Source: Antedon mediterranea (taxonomy: Eukaryota > Animalia > Echinodermata). From it: 64,000 bases of DNA. Positions 16,001-27,400 of the stretch are shown piece after piece. The stretch is taken from assembly GCF_964355755.1 (NCBI RefSeq), contig NC_092674.1:26412001-26476000 (forward strand), given 5' to 3'. The translations under genes were made by a program, and so were the position numbers. The notes below the pieces were generated by a model. It had not been told where the DNA came from and made no database searches. It worked only from the letters and a program-made list of their open reading frames with translations. Within the stretch, counting starts at the first letter, position 1; each line of letters begins with the position of its first letter.

Positions 16001-19000
16001 TATAATCGATGCTTTTGTAATAAATGTATATTTCGTTAAATATATTCGGATCCTCCTGTATTTCAGAACAAAAATATAAATGTTCACGGCGGTCGAACTA
16101 ATTTATTCTTGTTCCTACAATGTGAACATGTTATCGTATTGAAAGCATAAACAGCGGGAATCAATTGGAAAACATCAACTACGTATAGTATTTGATCCTC
16201 CCTTGCGGAGCAGGTGGGGCCGTTCTAGGTAGAAAAAATGGAAGCACATGCTAAAACGTGATCATATTGAAAACTATGCCCAGTGGAGGCCTCAATAGCG
16301 TAACGATTCATAAATACTGGCTCTGTAGGTAGGTACAGATGGTCGATATCTGGCGTTAAATTCTGATTTGATATTTGCATTAACGACTTTTCATAAATGT
16401 CGTAGAGTGAAATTACAATGTCATCCTTCTCTGGTAATAGTATGCGTTTGAGTAAGCAAATTATTAGAATTGAGTATGAGACGCCGACTACAAAATATTT
16501 GACTGATATGATTGAAACTCCGACATTTACATGAACCATTGTGAAATGTTATTCTAGACAAAATCACATATTCGATATTCGTAGAAAATGTGTAAAAACT
16601 AAAATTAATCAAATTGAATATTAATTTACGGGTGTTTTTTTTTTCAAATTTTTTTTTAATAAGTTATTAATATATTATGTTTAAACAAATGACGTCACAA
16701 TATATCAAAATTTACATTAAAATAATGACATGAAATGAAAATAAAATTTAGCTTTACAATACAATGTATATTAACCTATGGATTTCGCGACTGCCAATTT
16801 ATGTAAAACATTGCACAGATTGCCTTGCCGTTTTAATATCACTACTTCAATTCCTTGGGGTAAAAATAATAAGTGTACCAAGGCCATACATCATACAATG
16901 GGTCACGCCATACATGTCTGTCCGTACAGGCGGAAATCATTATCCAACTGGGTTCTTATAAACGTAAATCGCTACTGGCAATAGACGCTATACATTTTCG
17001 CGCGCTAAGTTTACTTAGCTATAATATGGACTTTATATAGTACTGTAGTTATATTTTTAGGGTAATATTATATATCCTAAGATGAATAATAATCCTATTA
17101 ATAATAGTATATTTAATTCAATTACACGTATGAATAAATTCTTTCATTGGATTAAATCTAAAAACACGCTCGTTATAATATATTATCAAACGAACAATTA
17201 CTTTGTTCTTTTGTAGGTCACGCATTCATTTGTTTTCTTATTTCGTCATCGTGACATCATGCGTCAACATCGACACAGAACATGTCAACATCGACACGCG
17301 TTAGCATTAACATCGACACATAATAATATTTACTCTCTCGACGTATTCTTTCAATTCAAGAATCATCTAACTCGTCCTGGGGACGATAACACAGTACAAA
17401 TCTAGTTGTTTTCCTTTTCTTCACAATGCGGCCAATTTGATTACCGTTATTCAGGTACTGGTTCATCCTAATAAAGATATGCCTACAAAACTGGGAATGG
17501 GAGCCCCGGAGGAAAAGTGGCCAAAACACAGGACTTTGGCGGCTTTCCAAATTTAAATTTTTTTTAAAAGGTACGTTGGAGATATACACAGTACGATGTT
17601 ACTATACTTCTGATGTTCTTATTCTCGTACTTTTCCCCTGATCTTCAAGGAAGTTATTGTTAACAATTTAATAAATATTAACTTCGACCTTCGTTCATTG
17701 CAGTTTGTGTATGCCCTTTGTCAGGCACAGGAACCAATACTATATTAAATAATGTTTGCTGTACTTCTTTGTAAATTTAAATATTTTATCGAGACCTTTG
17801 TTAAAAAGTTGTTTATAAACCAAAGCAACAATAGAGTATTCCTTCAGGCTATGTCGAGTGTATGCGCGTCCTCATACGTTACTTCTCGCAATGTATGGTA
17901 ACAAAATTAATTAAGTGTTAGATAAAATATAAAATTGGAAGACAAACTTGGAGATTGTTTACATAAAATTCTTGAAATTGTGGTCATTTTATACACGTGG
18001 TATATGGCATTTTTCCGGGAAGTGAACGGTCAGGCTGATACAGTGTTTAGGAATGCCTTATTGATGATAGTAAAACTGTTTCCGAATGAATGGAACGGTA
18101 TAACTGATTACATTCAGTATATTCATTGATAAGATGCAATTACGTCTTTGAACGCTTGGAACGTATCCAAACACGTGATTACATTATGTTTTCCCACGTT
18201 TTCATTTCAATAAGATATTTAAGATGTAGATGCCTTATTTCAGTTTGATAAAGAAATATTAATGTTTTCATTTATCACAGGTATTTCTAGAAGAATTCCC
18301 TCTTCCAACTAAATTTTATTCGATATCACGGTGAATCACGTTGTGGTCTTTTTGTAACTTTTAGGCTAAGGTGGCGCCTGATGGAAAAATACAGAGTGCG
18401 CGCAGATGACTAAACATTACGTCATTGTTGAAGAGGAGAGAATGTTGACCATAGAGATTGATTGATGATCATAAGGATTGTTGACTCTAATGATAACACA
18501 CATTGATGATTAATGATTTCTAAGAAGAAAACAATCAAATGTCGTTACTTACCTCCTCCGTTTGAGTAAGCCAAGTAAGGAAATCTCCAAATGTTTCCTA
18601 ACCCCACGGCATACCCCACGCAAGACAGCATAAAGTCGAGTTTACTACCCCAGTTGCCCCGAATTGTATTTTCATCTCCATCGCACTTCTCAGTATTTCC
18701 AACTGATATGGTGCTATATGCCACAGCCTAAATCAAATAAGTTTTATTAAAGTTTTTAATGTTATTATCAACCATCGGATAAATTTGTTATCCAATCTTG
18801 GTATAATAATTTGATAATGTATACAGTTAGATCATGTTGATTACATAATAATTTGACATTTAATTTTTTTTATTAGATTTTCATACGCCCCCCCCCCCCC
18901 CTCCACCCATTTTCAAATCAAAATAAAAGTACAACTATTTACTGAGAATTGAAATTATTATGTATCCGACACTGTACACACGTGTTGGATTTTTATGGTA

Positions 19001-19879
19001 TAAATCTCTGCTCTAGATACAGTCTAGTCAATCGATACACAGTACACTGTCTATTGATGGTCAATTATCAATAACAATAACATTAACAACAGATGGTTTA
19101 AATAATAATATTATTATTAACATATTGTTGACCATGTGGTACCCTACCATTAAATATGTAACGCATACATAAACCTACGAACAGGCGTCAACCTTTCATA
19201 CTAGGCCCTACAGTTTATGTAAATAAATGTAACATCTTGTGTATAATATGTAAATAATGTCAAATCAAAGTGCTTTACTATACAGTAGATCTAATTTCTT
19301 TTTTCTAATATTAATATAGTTAGGCCTAGGCCTAGGCCTCATAAATCAATAACAACAAATTATAGGCCTATATAAAATATAATAATTTATATTAATAATA
19401 ATACTTAATACTAATAGGCTAGGCCTAAATAAAATAAAATAAATTAAATATTTTAATTAATTAAAAATTATTATTAATTAGCCCTAGCCTACTACTAATT
19501 TCTATCACTATATAATATTAAGCCTAACCTACTCCTTTGATTGGCAATAATAATATAATAGATAGGCCTGGGCCTAGGCTAGGCCAACAACTGCTAGGCT
19601 TTGCCCTTATATACTACTAGTTAGCCCCTCCCTAGCCTTTAGGCCTCCTCTCTAGCTAGGCTTAAGCAATATGCCTAGCCTAGGCCTAGGCTAGCCTAGT
19701 AGTACTAGGCCCTAGCCTACTATAGGCCTACTAGCCTAACTAGCCTAGGCCTAGGCCTAGCTTAATTAGCTAGGCTAGTTAGACAATAAACTAAAAACTA
19801 TTATAAATCACTCACAATACATATTTCAAGATCTCAAATTTCTTACCTCATTTGCTTTAGATTCCGAAGCAGATGTCAT
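1034..19879 (-). CDS. SLC6 sodium/chloride-dependent amino acid transporter (GlyT1/GlyT2/ATB0,+/PROT subfamily), 13 coding exons
   Basis: GT-AG exons spliced by hand: 19847-19879, 18553-18727, 15375-15506, 11546-11777, 10407-10539, 9281-9415, 8115-8343, 6500-6612, 5990-6130, 4562-4661, 3843-3943, 1910-2080, 1034-1216. Motifs: [97 protein letters not shown]. Ends ...VDSSV*. Confidence 0.95.
6940..7215 (+). mobile_element. RTE-clade LINE 3' fragment
   Basis: Alternative frame from ~6980 reads [38 protein letters not shown], the typical RTE ORF C-terminus. Confidence 0.75.
8444..8545. mobile_element. Harbinger-like MITE family 2 short copy
   Basis: AAGCTCTGTCTACACTATCAAAC ... GTTTGATAGTGTAGACAGAGCTT perfect TIR. 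Confidence 0.7.
10661..10835. mobile_element. hAT-like MITE with 5-bp flanking duplication
   Basis: TACAG|CAGGGAACATTTTC ... GAAAATTTTCCCTG|TACAG. Confidence 0.55.
10846..11235. repeat. ATG/ATC-rich low-complexity tract with an internal ~65-bp duplication
   Basis: AACATCATG..TGATGTAGTAGTACTGTGGTTATAACATCATGATAATTATATA at ~10846 and ~11051. Confidence 0.7.
19310..19785. repeat. TAGGCCTA/CTAG-rich low-complexity tract at the start of SLC6 intron 1
   Basis: Dense TAGGCCTA, TAGCCTA and GGCTAG words. Confidence 0.8.
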
Positions 19880-21437
19880 GTTCACAAAGATAATTCAGGC
19901 GATTAATGATTTTATGAAAAGTAAAATTATCTATTTTTACGTCGTACGTAAAAATAATTGCACTGCAATAATTTGTAAAAACGCGCGCGTAATGTACATG
20001 CACACGAGGTAAAGTAGTGTGAATGAGCCTTTGTTGAAAAAATTTACTATCGAAAGGGCGTATGTAAAATCATTGAAAGAACTATGTCCAATCAAAATTA
20101 TGGAAATTTCGGATTCGTACATTTTGTATGATAGGTGCTCAAATATTAAATGTTAAAATAGAAATGTAAATTAAAACAAATTTGTAAAAACTAAGAAAAT
20201 GAAATATGAAATAAAAATAAATAACCTTTTTTACTGAAATAATTTATGTAAAAGGGTAAATAAATGCAACAACGTACAATTTAACCACCTTTCTTGAAAA
20301 TGATGATGGCTCTCGATGTGACGTCATGGAAAAAATTGTAAAGACGCTATTCGTGACCTATGACCGTTCTTTTGGCAGCATGATGCGCGCAGAGGAGAGG
20401 AGCAAAAGAGAAAAACGTCCAGAAAGTTGTTTTACAACTCCCTGGTTGTATTAAGCTATAATACGTAAATTGAAACAAATTGTAAAAACTGAGAAGATGA
20501 AATATGAAATTAGAATAAATACCTTTTTTTTTTACTGAATGAATTTCTTATTATTAATTATTATTTGGTACCAAATAAAGGATGTTATTTGACCCGAATC
20601 GTCTAATCAAATTACAAGATCCTATTCCGGTGCTTTTTGGCCGCCTACTCTAAATGCCAATAATTTTATTTTCCATTTGAGATGTGTTTATTAAATAAAA
20701 TGTATTTTCTATCAAAAAATATAAAACTCAACTTTGCTTTATTTTATACTTTAACTTTATTTTTTAAATAATCGAGTCTATTATAGCTAGCGGTAAAATC
20801 TAGGAATCTAGAAAAGCTTTTTAATTTCTTCAAAAAATCTACAATTCATTTCATGAGTATTCTTTACATACGTCGTTACTTCTGTTTAAATAACATAATT
20901 TGTTAATCTCCATGCTAAAAAAAATCACCGGATCTCAAGAATACTAAGAATAATTCTTGGTACAGTACTTAGCCTGTATAAAGGTGTAATCAGAATTAAT
21001 GTTCGTTATCACGAATAATGAAAAAAAAATAGGCTTATTTATACTGTTTTTACTTCATTGCTTTCGATCGTCAAAGTGATATATACTTAGATAGATCATG
21101 TTGTATATTACAAGAAATAGAACTGATTACTATTATGCTGTTTAATTGTTAATTGTCTGTTACACAAACATTATACGTTATTTTATGACGCAATACGCGT
21201 TAAATTTTGATAATACAGTTGCGCGTATGCGTCATTAATGAATACGACACCGACGTGACGCATTTAAACGCCACAAAACGTTTAAACTGAAACGGTTTCT
21301 GGTCGTTTTATAAAAAGCATAACCGTTTAAACAATTGTTTTTAATTAGAAATTATAGGCCACGTCTTAATTAATTAATGCCCAGGAATCGCTTCAGAAGT
21401 TTAGGTGTTACGCCTAGTAGTGAAAAGTGAAGATACA

Positions 21438-24400
21438 TTATGCAAGTGATACAGATGTGGGAATCTGTTGGTTCTTCTTGATTTCCAATAATTTCGTCTG
21501 CTTTCTTTCACGCCTTCGTTTGATACGATCGACCAGATTCAGAATGGCAAAATCAATTAGTTCACATACTGTGATGGCACTTGCTCCAAGAAGAAGACCC
21601 ATGTAACCTCCGATATCACCTGTAAAGAAAGATTAATTAATAAACAATAATATTAATAATGGTCCATGGGTTACGGTATGTTAGCTAAAGATCCATTTGT
21701 GAGGTTCTGTTTCTCTGTGGTTCTCTACTCACTAGTAATCAGGCCTACATGTTTTGGCCTATTGTAAAAATTATTATACCACCATAAGTTTCTGTTAATA
21801 ATCTTTTTGAAAGAACCCCTGTTTCTAATCCTACAGAGCCTATTTTTAAGTTCATAGATACATGCGTTTCGTAGGAGACAGGTGAAACTTTTTAAGTCGG
21901 TAAAGCTTGGCTTACTTTGCAGGGTCGAGGCATCGTATGCTGCCACCTGCCTAATCTCCTCAAAGCTCAGCTCTTCGAAGTAAATCACAATATCTAGGTA
22001 ATTCTTTCTGAAAAATATTTTGACATAATGATTTTATACCGTATCGCCTAACACATTAAACCAAAATCAGGTAATAATTAAAATTGACACAGTTTATTTT
22101 CCTTCATATCCTGGAAATTAACATAATGGTAGGAAAAAAAACAAAAGAATGATTAGGCGCGGCTTTAAAAAATTAAAAATAATTATAAAAAATTAATAAT
22201 TTGTCGATGCTTCTAACTGTTTTTACTTTTGATAGTAGCTAGGCCTACAGATTTAGATTGCATTATTTTCTAATTTTCCTTTATTTTAATTTAAAAAATA
22301 GAAATGGAGATAACATGTTTTATAAAATCATTAGCGCTCCTTCTTCTCGTATCAGGTCTCATAGATATGCACATAAATAAATTGCATTGCCAAACGTAGG
22401 CTTTAAATTGCAAATTAGAATACCGCTAATTAATTTCAATAAGACGCTAGGCTTGATGATCCAGTACTATTCAATAAGATGCTAGGCATAATAATCCAGT
22501 TCTATTCAATAAGATGCTAGGCTTAATGATCCAGTCCTATACCCAATAGGACGCTAGGCTTAATAATTCAGTTCTATTCAATGGGACGCTAGGCTTAATG
22601 ATCCAGTAACTATTCAATAAGATGCAAGGCTTAATGATCCAGTTCTACCCAATAAGACACTAGACTTAATAATCCAGTTCTGCCCAATAAGATGCTAGGC
22701 TTAATGATCCAGTTCTATTCAATAAGACGCTAGGCTTAATGACAGTTCTATTCAATAAGACACTGGCTTAATGACCGTCCTATTCAATAAGACGCTAGGT
22801 TTAATGATCCAGTTCTATACCCAATAAGAGGCTTAATGATCCAGTTCTATCCAATAAGGTGCTAGGCCTAATGATCATAAAAGAACATACAAGACAAGAT
22901 AATTCATGTTGGACAAGAACGTTTTTTAACCAGAATACTATATTAAAGGCCTTGTTTCGTGAGGAACCACACTAATAACAATCATGTGGTTTATGGCTAT
23001 GTTACTGGGTTTTTTTTTTTGTTTTTTTTTTTCTTTTTTTTTTAGGTATTGGATATGTGTATATAATTTTTTTTTAAATTATTATAATAGGACTACTCCT
23101 TTAAATACAGACGTACGATATTAGAGGCCGGTGCTTTCCATCCATCACCCTTGCCTAATTTATAGGGGAAATGGGTGTAATTCATTAGGTTCCTGTACAG
23201 GAGTTCACTGGTCCAGGGCCGTGAATACTGGGTCTATCTCCTCAAATAAACTTTATTCAAGTTCAAAACATGTTCATTTGATTTTGGGTTTTCTCGTTGA
23301 GAAGTCATAAGATTGATTATTTAAATTGCCATATTTAAATTGCACGAAATAACGATACCGATGGTTATTAATAACTTGGAATATTATGTGTAATGTTTAT
23401 GCGTACATATTTTAAGTTTACCAAATATCATTACGTCATTCTTAATATCGAGTAAGTTCATTTCCTGTTTTATGATCAACCACCACACCTCACTCATCAT
23501 AACGACCGTATGTTACCGTATGTCATGGTACATTTTCTAATTGTACTGTTATATAATTATTATGTATAAATAGAATACTGCACTCGACTTGCCAAGATAG
23601 GATCTCGTAATTATGATAAAAAATGCATGCCTTGAACACACAATGATGCAGCAAATGATAATTTAGATCCGCTGTATTAAAAAATAAAATTTAGAATTAC
23701 CTGATGTGTTCCTCTGTTTGATTGAGGGTCACCTGAAGTTCTTTAGTGATGTGTTGGGCTGGCCAAAATGCGCTGGACACGCGTGATTGATAAACCTCAC
23801 GTAGGCATGGTATCGGGCAGTGGCACACCAATCCTTCTCGTGTGTAATTTGCTATTTTGTGGAAGATTAAAAAAGAAAATTAAACAAAAATGTTTTTTTA
23901 TGATGTAGTTGCTACTAATTTAAATACAATTTAAATTATCATCATTACGGTATACTTATTAGAATACTGTTTTATTAACAGCACATTGGAACCTACGTAA
24001 TTAGTAATATTAATAATAATAATCAATAATATTAAAATGAAGAACCACCGTCAAAATGCCATATGGTGATTATGTATGGCTAGGCCGCCCACGGTATTTG
24101 TAGCCTACACATGTTCGAGAATTCATTACCCAAAATAATCAAAGTCATTACCCGTGTTTTAGTCTCCCAAACAATCAAATTTAAATCGTAGGTCTACGGG
24201 CCTATATGGTTCGTTCGTATAACCATCCATTCATTCACATGATACATATTATTTGTTAATGATGTTATTATGCATTTTATATACTATTGTGTAGATGTAA
24301 CATCTTCAAAAACAGCTAATTCAACCTGATATTCATTTTAAATTACATTTCTAAAGCGCCCTCTATATCGTCACACAAAAATGCACTCAAGCTCTCTGTC

Positions 24401-27400
24401 TACACTATCAAAATAATTTGATAGTGTAGACAGAGCTTAAGATCTTTGAGCCAACAAAGAAGTGACGGTATAGGATACGCTAAAACCTGAATTTCATGAA
24501 CGTATATGTTATCATGTTATCTATAACTCAGAAAACGCATTCACAGAGTAATATTTAATATTATTTCGTTAATTCGTTGAATGAAATATTAGTATTGTCA
24601 TCTAGTATCTGCTTCAGACGTCTGGTCAAGGTGGGCACTGGACGAGAGAAGCCCTTGATCAATGTTAGGACCAATCAAGGTGCTTTAAAACAGTCCTGGC
24701 TTTGTTTGTATCAAACCTGTTAGTGGCTGTTGGTTTCGATTGAATAAAATAAATAAATAAATAATCAACGTACTCAAAAATAATACTGAAAATTCGATGT
24801 TAAAAAAGTTACGATTTTTTTATAGTTCAATTTTCGTTTAGTAAAATATATTAACTTAATTTTATTGAAACACAAACTAAATGGCATTATGCATTATGGG
24901 AGATATACTTCAGTTCATTTAGTTACCAATTCAACCACGCATTCAACGGTGACCAACCATGATACAAATATTTGTATTAAAGGAAGTCATACGACAACAT
25001 CAAGATATCAATCATACTGACTGAATTATCGTTCTATACAGAGGGCGTCTGTATATGCATGGAGGAAAAAATAGATAAATAAATTTTTTCCTCCATGGTA
25101 TATGTTTCTGAATTTTAAGAGGATTACATAAAAAAACTAGAGGGTACTCCAAGAGTACAAACCTCCGCCTACTGTAAAATTCCCCTACATAAAATGTCCC
25201 CGGAAAATATATATATATATATATATATATATCTTTTTTTAATTTTTTTTTTTATTAGGTCTAAGTGTAAATAGGCAAACTGCACACTACACAGTTGTGG
25301 ATGAGAGTTTGGTGTAATGGTTATGTATCCAGCCTCTCACAGTTGAGATCGCTGGTTCGAGTCCCACTGCAGTTTTTTTTATTATTATTTTTTCTTTTTT
25401 TTGTGGACCTTGATCTTTGACCCTGACCCTACAAAATTTAACCACAATTATAATGATGAGTCATTGATCACTGTGGCTACGTTTGGTGAGAATCGAACAA
25501 AAACTGTGGTCTCTAGGCAGTAAAATAGTTTTTTGTTAGTTGTAATGATCTTGACCTATATCCTTTTCCACTCAAATTCGAACTCGTCCGAGCTTTTGAG
25601 GCATAGATCATTGTGGCCAAATTTGGTGAGAATCGAATAAAAACTGTGGCCTCCAGGCTGTTCACAGACGAGACACACACACACACATAAACATACAGGG
25701 GTGAAAGCATAACCTCCTTGGCGGAGGTAAAAACAAATACAAAACTAACAGAGTACGTACGTTTAAAACATCATATAAAAAAAATACACATTTTATACAA
25801 CCTATTTTAGAATAAAAAATGAGTGGTATATTGCGTGTGTAAAGCCGATTTTCCCCAAAGCGAATTTGTTCGCGCGTATCGAAAGCGTCAGCTTATACGC
25901 ATGTGTTTCATGTTATGTTTCTATCTTTCAAATCATTCTATGCGTATACGTTGACGCTGTCGATTCAAGCGAACAAATTCGTGTGTATATATAATGTTAA
26001 GACCTTACCACTTGCTGGCTTGACACATTCATGTATCTCCTTTGGGTCACATACACGAACATTACCTGAGAAAAAAATACGTAGAGAATATAATTTCCCA
26101 TGATTCATTATTCAAAATGGATGTAAACAATCAATTTTTAATTATGAAGGTTTGATTTTAAGGAATCAATTTTAAAAATCTCTAGTTTACAGTAGTACAG
26201 TATTTTGTAATCATGGAATCGATAGAGGGCGCTAAACTGAACAGACAGACCAATATTGCATGTTTATAAGACTTCCCAAAAGTTATTATTGCTTTTTTTT
26301 TTTATGTTAGTCGGCGTTTCGATTTTTGTCTGAAAACTACGAGTTTACAATTGCTAGTCTGTTACTAGTACTATCTACTGTATCTTTACTTTTTTTCCAG
26401 TATAAGGTAAACTCCATGATACACATGGGCCAATTTACACAGACGAGCGGTAACAATATAGATCTATGTTATTCACTAATACGCAACGCGGAGCGGACGG
26501 GTGGTTTCCAGCACACGATAGATACAGATTCTATATGGGACAAGTAAAGGCCAATTTACACAGACGAGCGGTAACGGTAAAGGCCAATTTACACAGACGA
26601 GCGGTAACGGTAAGCGGTAAAGTTGATCGGAAAACGCAAAAATAGAATCTATGTTATTTCTTATGACCATTTACACAGAACGCGGAGCGGACGAGCGGTT
26701 GAGTGGAAATCCGCTCAGGATCGAAACAGATTCGATTTTGTGAAATTACCGCGCGGTAATTATGAATTCTGGCCAACCAACGATATGATTGAAATGACGT
26801 CATCTATCAACAACTTTTTTTTGCGTCCGCGCGCTGTGTAAATGAGAAAAGCCACGCGGGTTTTCGCTTACTATTACCGCTTACCGTTACCGCTATTCTG
26901 TGTAAATTGGCCTTTAGGTGGTTTTCCGCTTACCGTTACCGCGCTTGTCTGTGTAAATTGGCCTTAATGTTTTATCAGGACAAATTCATTGGCAAGGGCG
27001 GATAACACTAAGTTGGCTTGTTCAGCACCATTGCCAATCTATGCTACTGCTGTGTACAATACCTGGCATATTGTAATTCTTGCATCCACATTTCCCGATG
27101 ATATAATCCACTCTACATTCTGTCTGACAAGCTTCTACGGTGTATTTAGCCGCATATTTCAGTTTCTTCTCTAAGCACTGAAACTCGTAAGGTCCTGGTA
27201 GATTCTGAAGCTGTCCATGTAATAAAAAAAAGACGACAATTAAGTCTTAGTTTAGTTTTCTAAGTTAGTTTATATTCTATTGTATTGCTTAAGCTTGTTT
27301 CCCACTAGAGCAACGCAAGTAACTTGACCAATCACAAGCTATGGATTATTTGAACTGCCGCGTATCATTGGTCAACTCGATTGCCTTTGAGCTTAGGTCC

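Noticed and set aside
15552-17593. Possible Transib/Chapaev-like element starting CACCGTG
   Set aside because: No convincing matching TIR, TSD or transposase peptide found.
22430-22877. Regular ~36-bp repeats superficially like a CRISPR array
   Set aside because: Units are head-to-tail with no unique spacers, in a eukaryotic intron, and there are no cas genes.
24356-26234. Several AGAGGGCGC words resembling CTCF cores
   Set aside because: Partial matches only; they cannot be distinguished from repeat-derived words without ChIP data.
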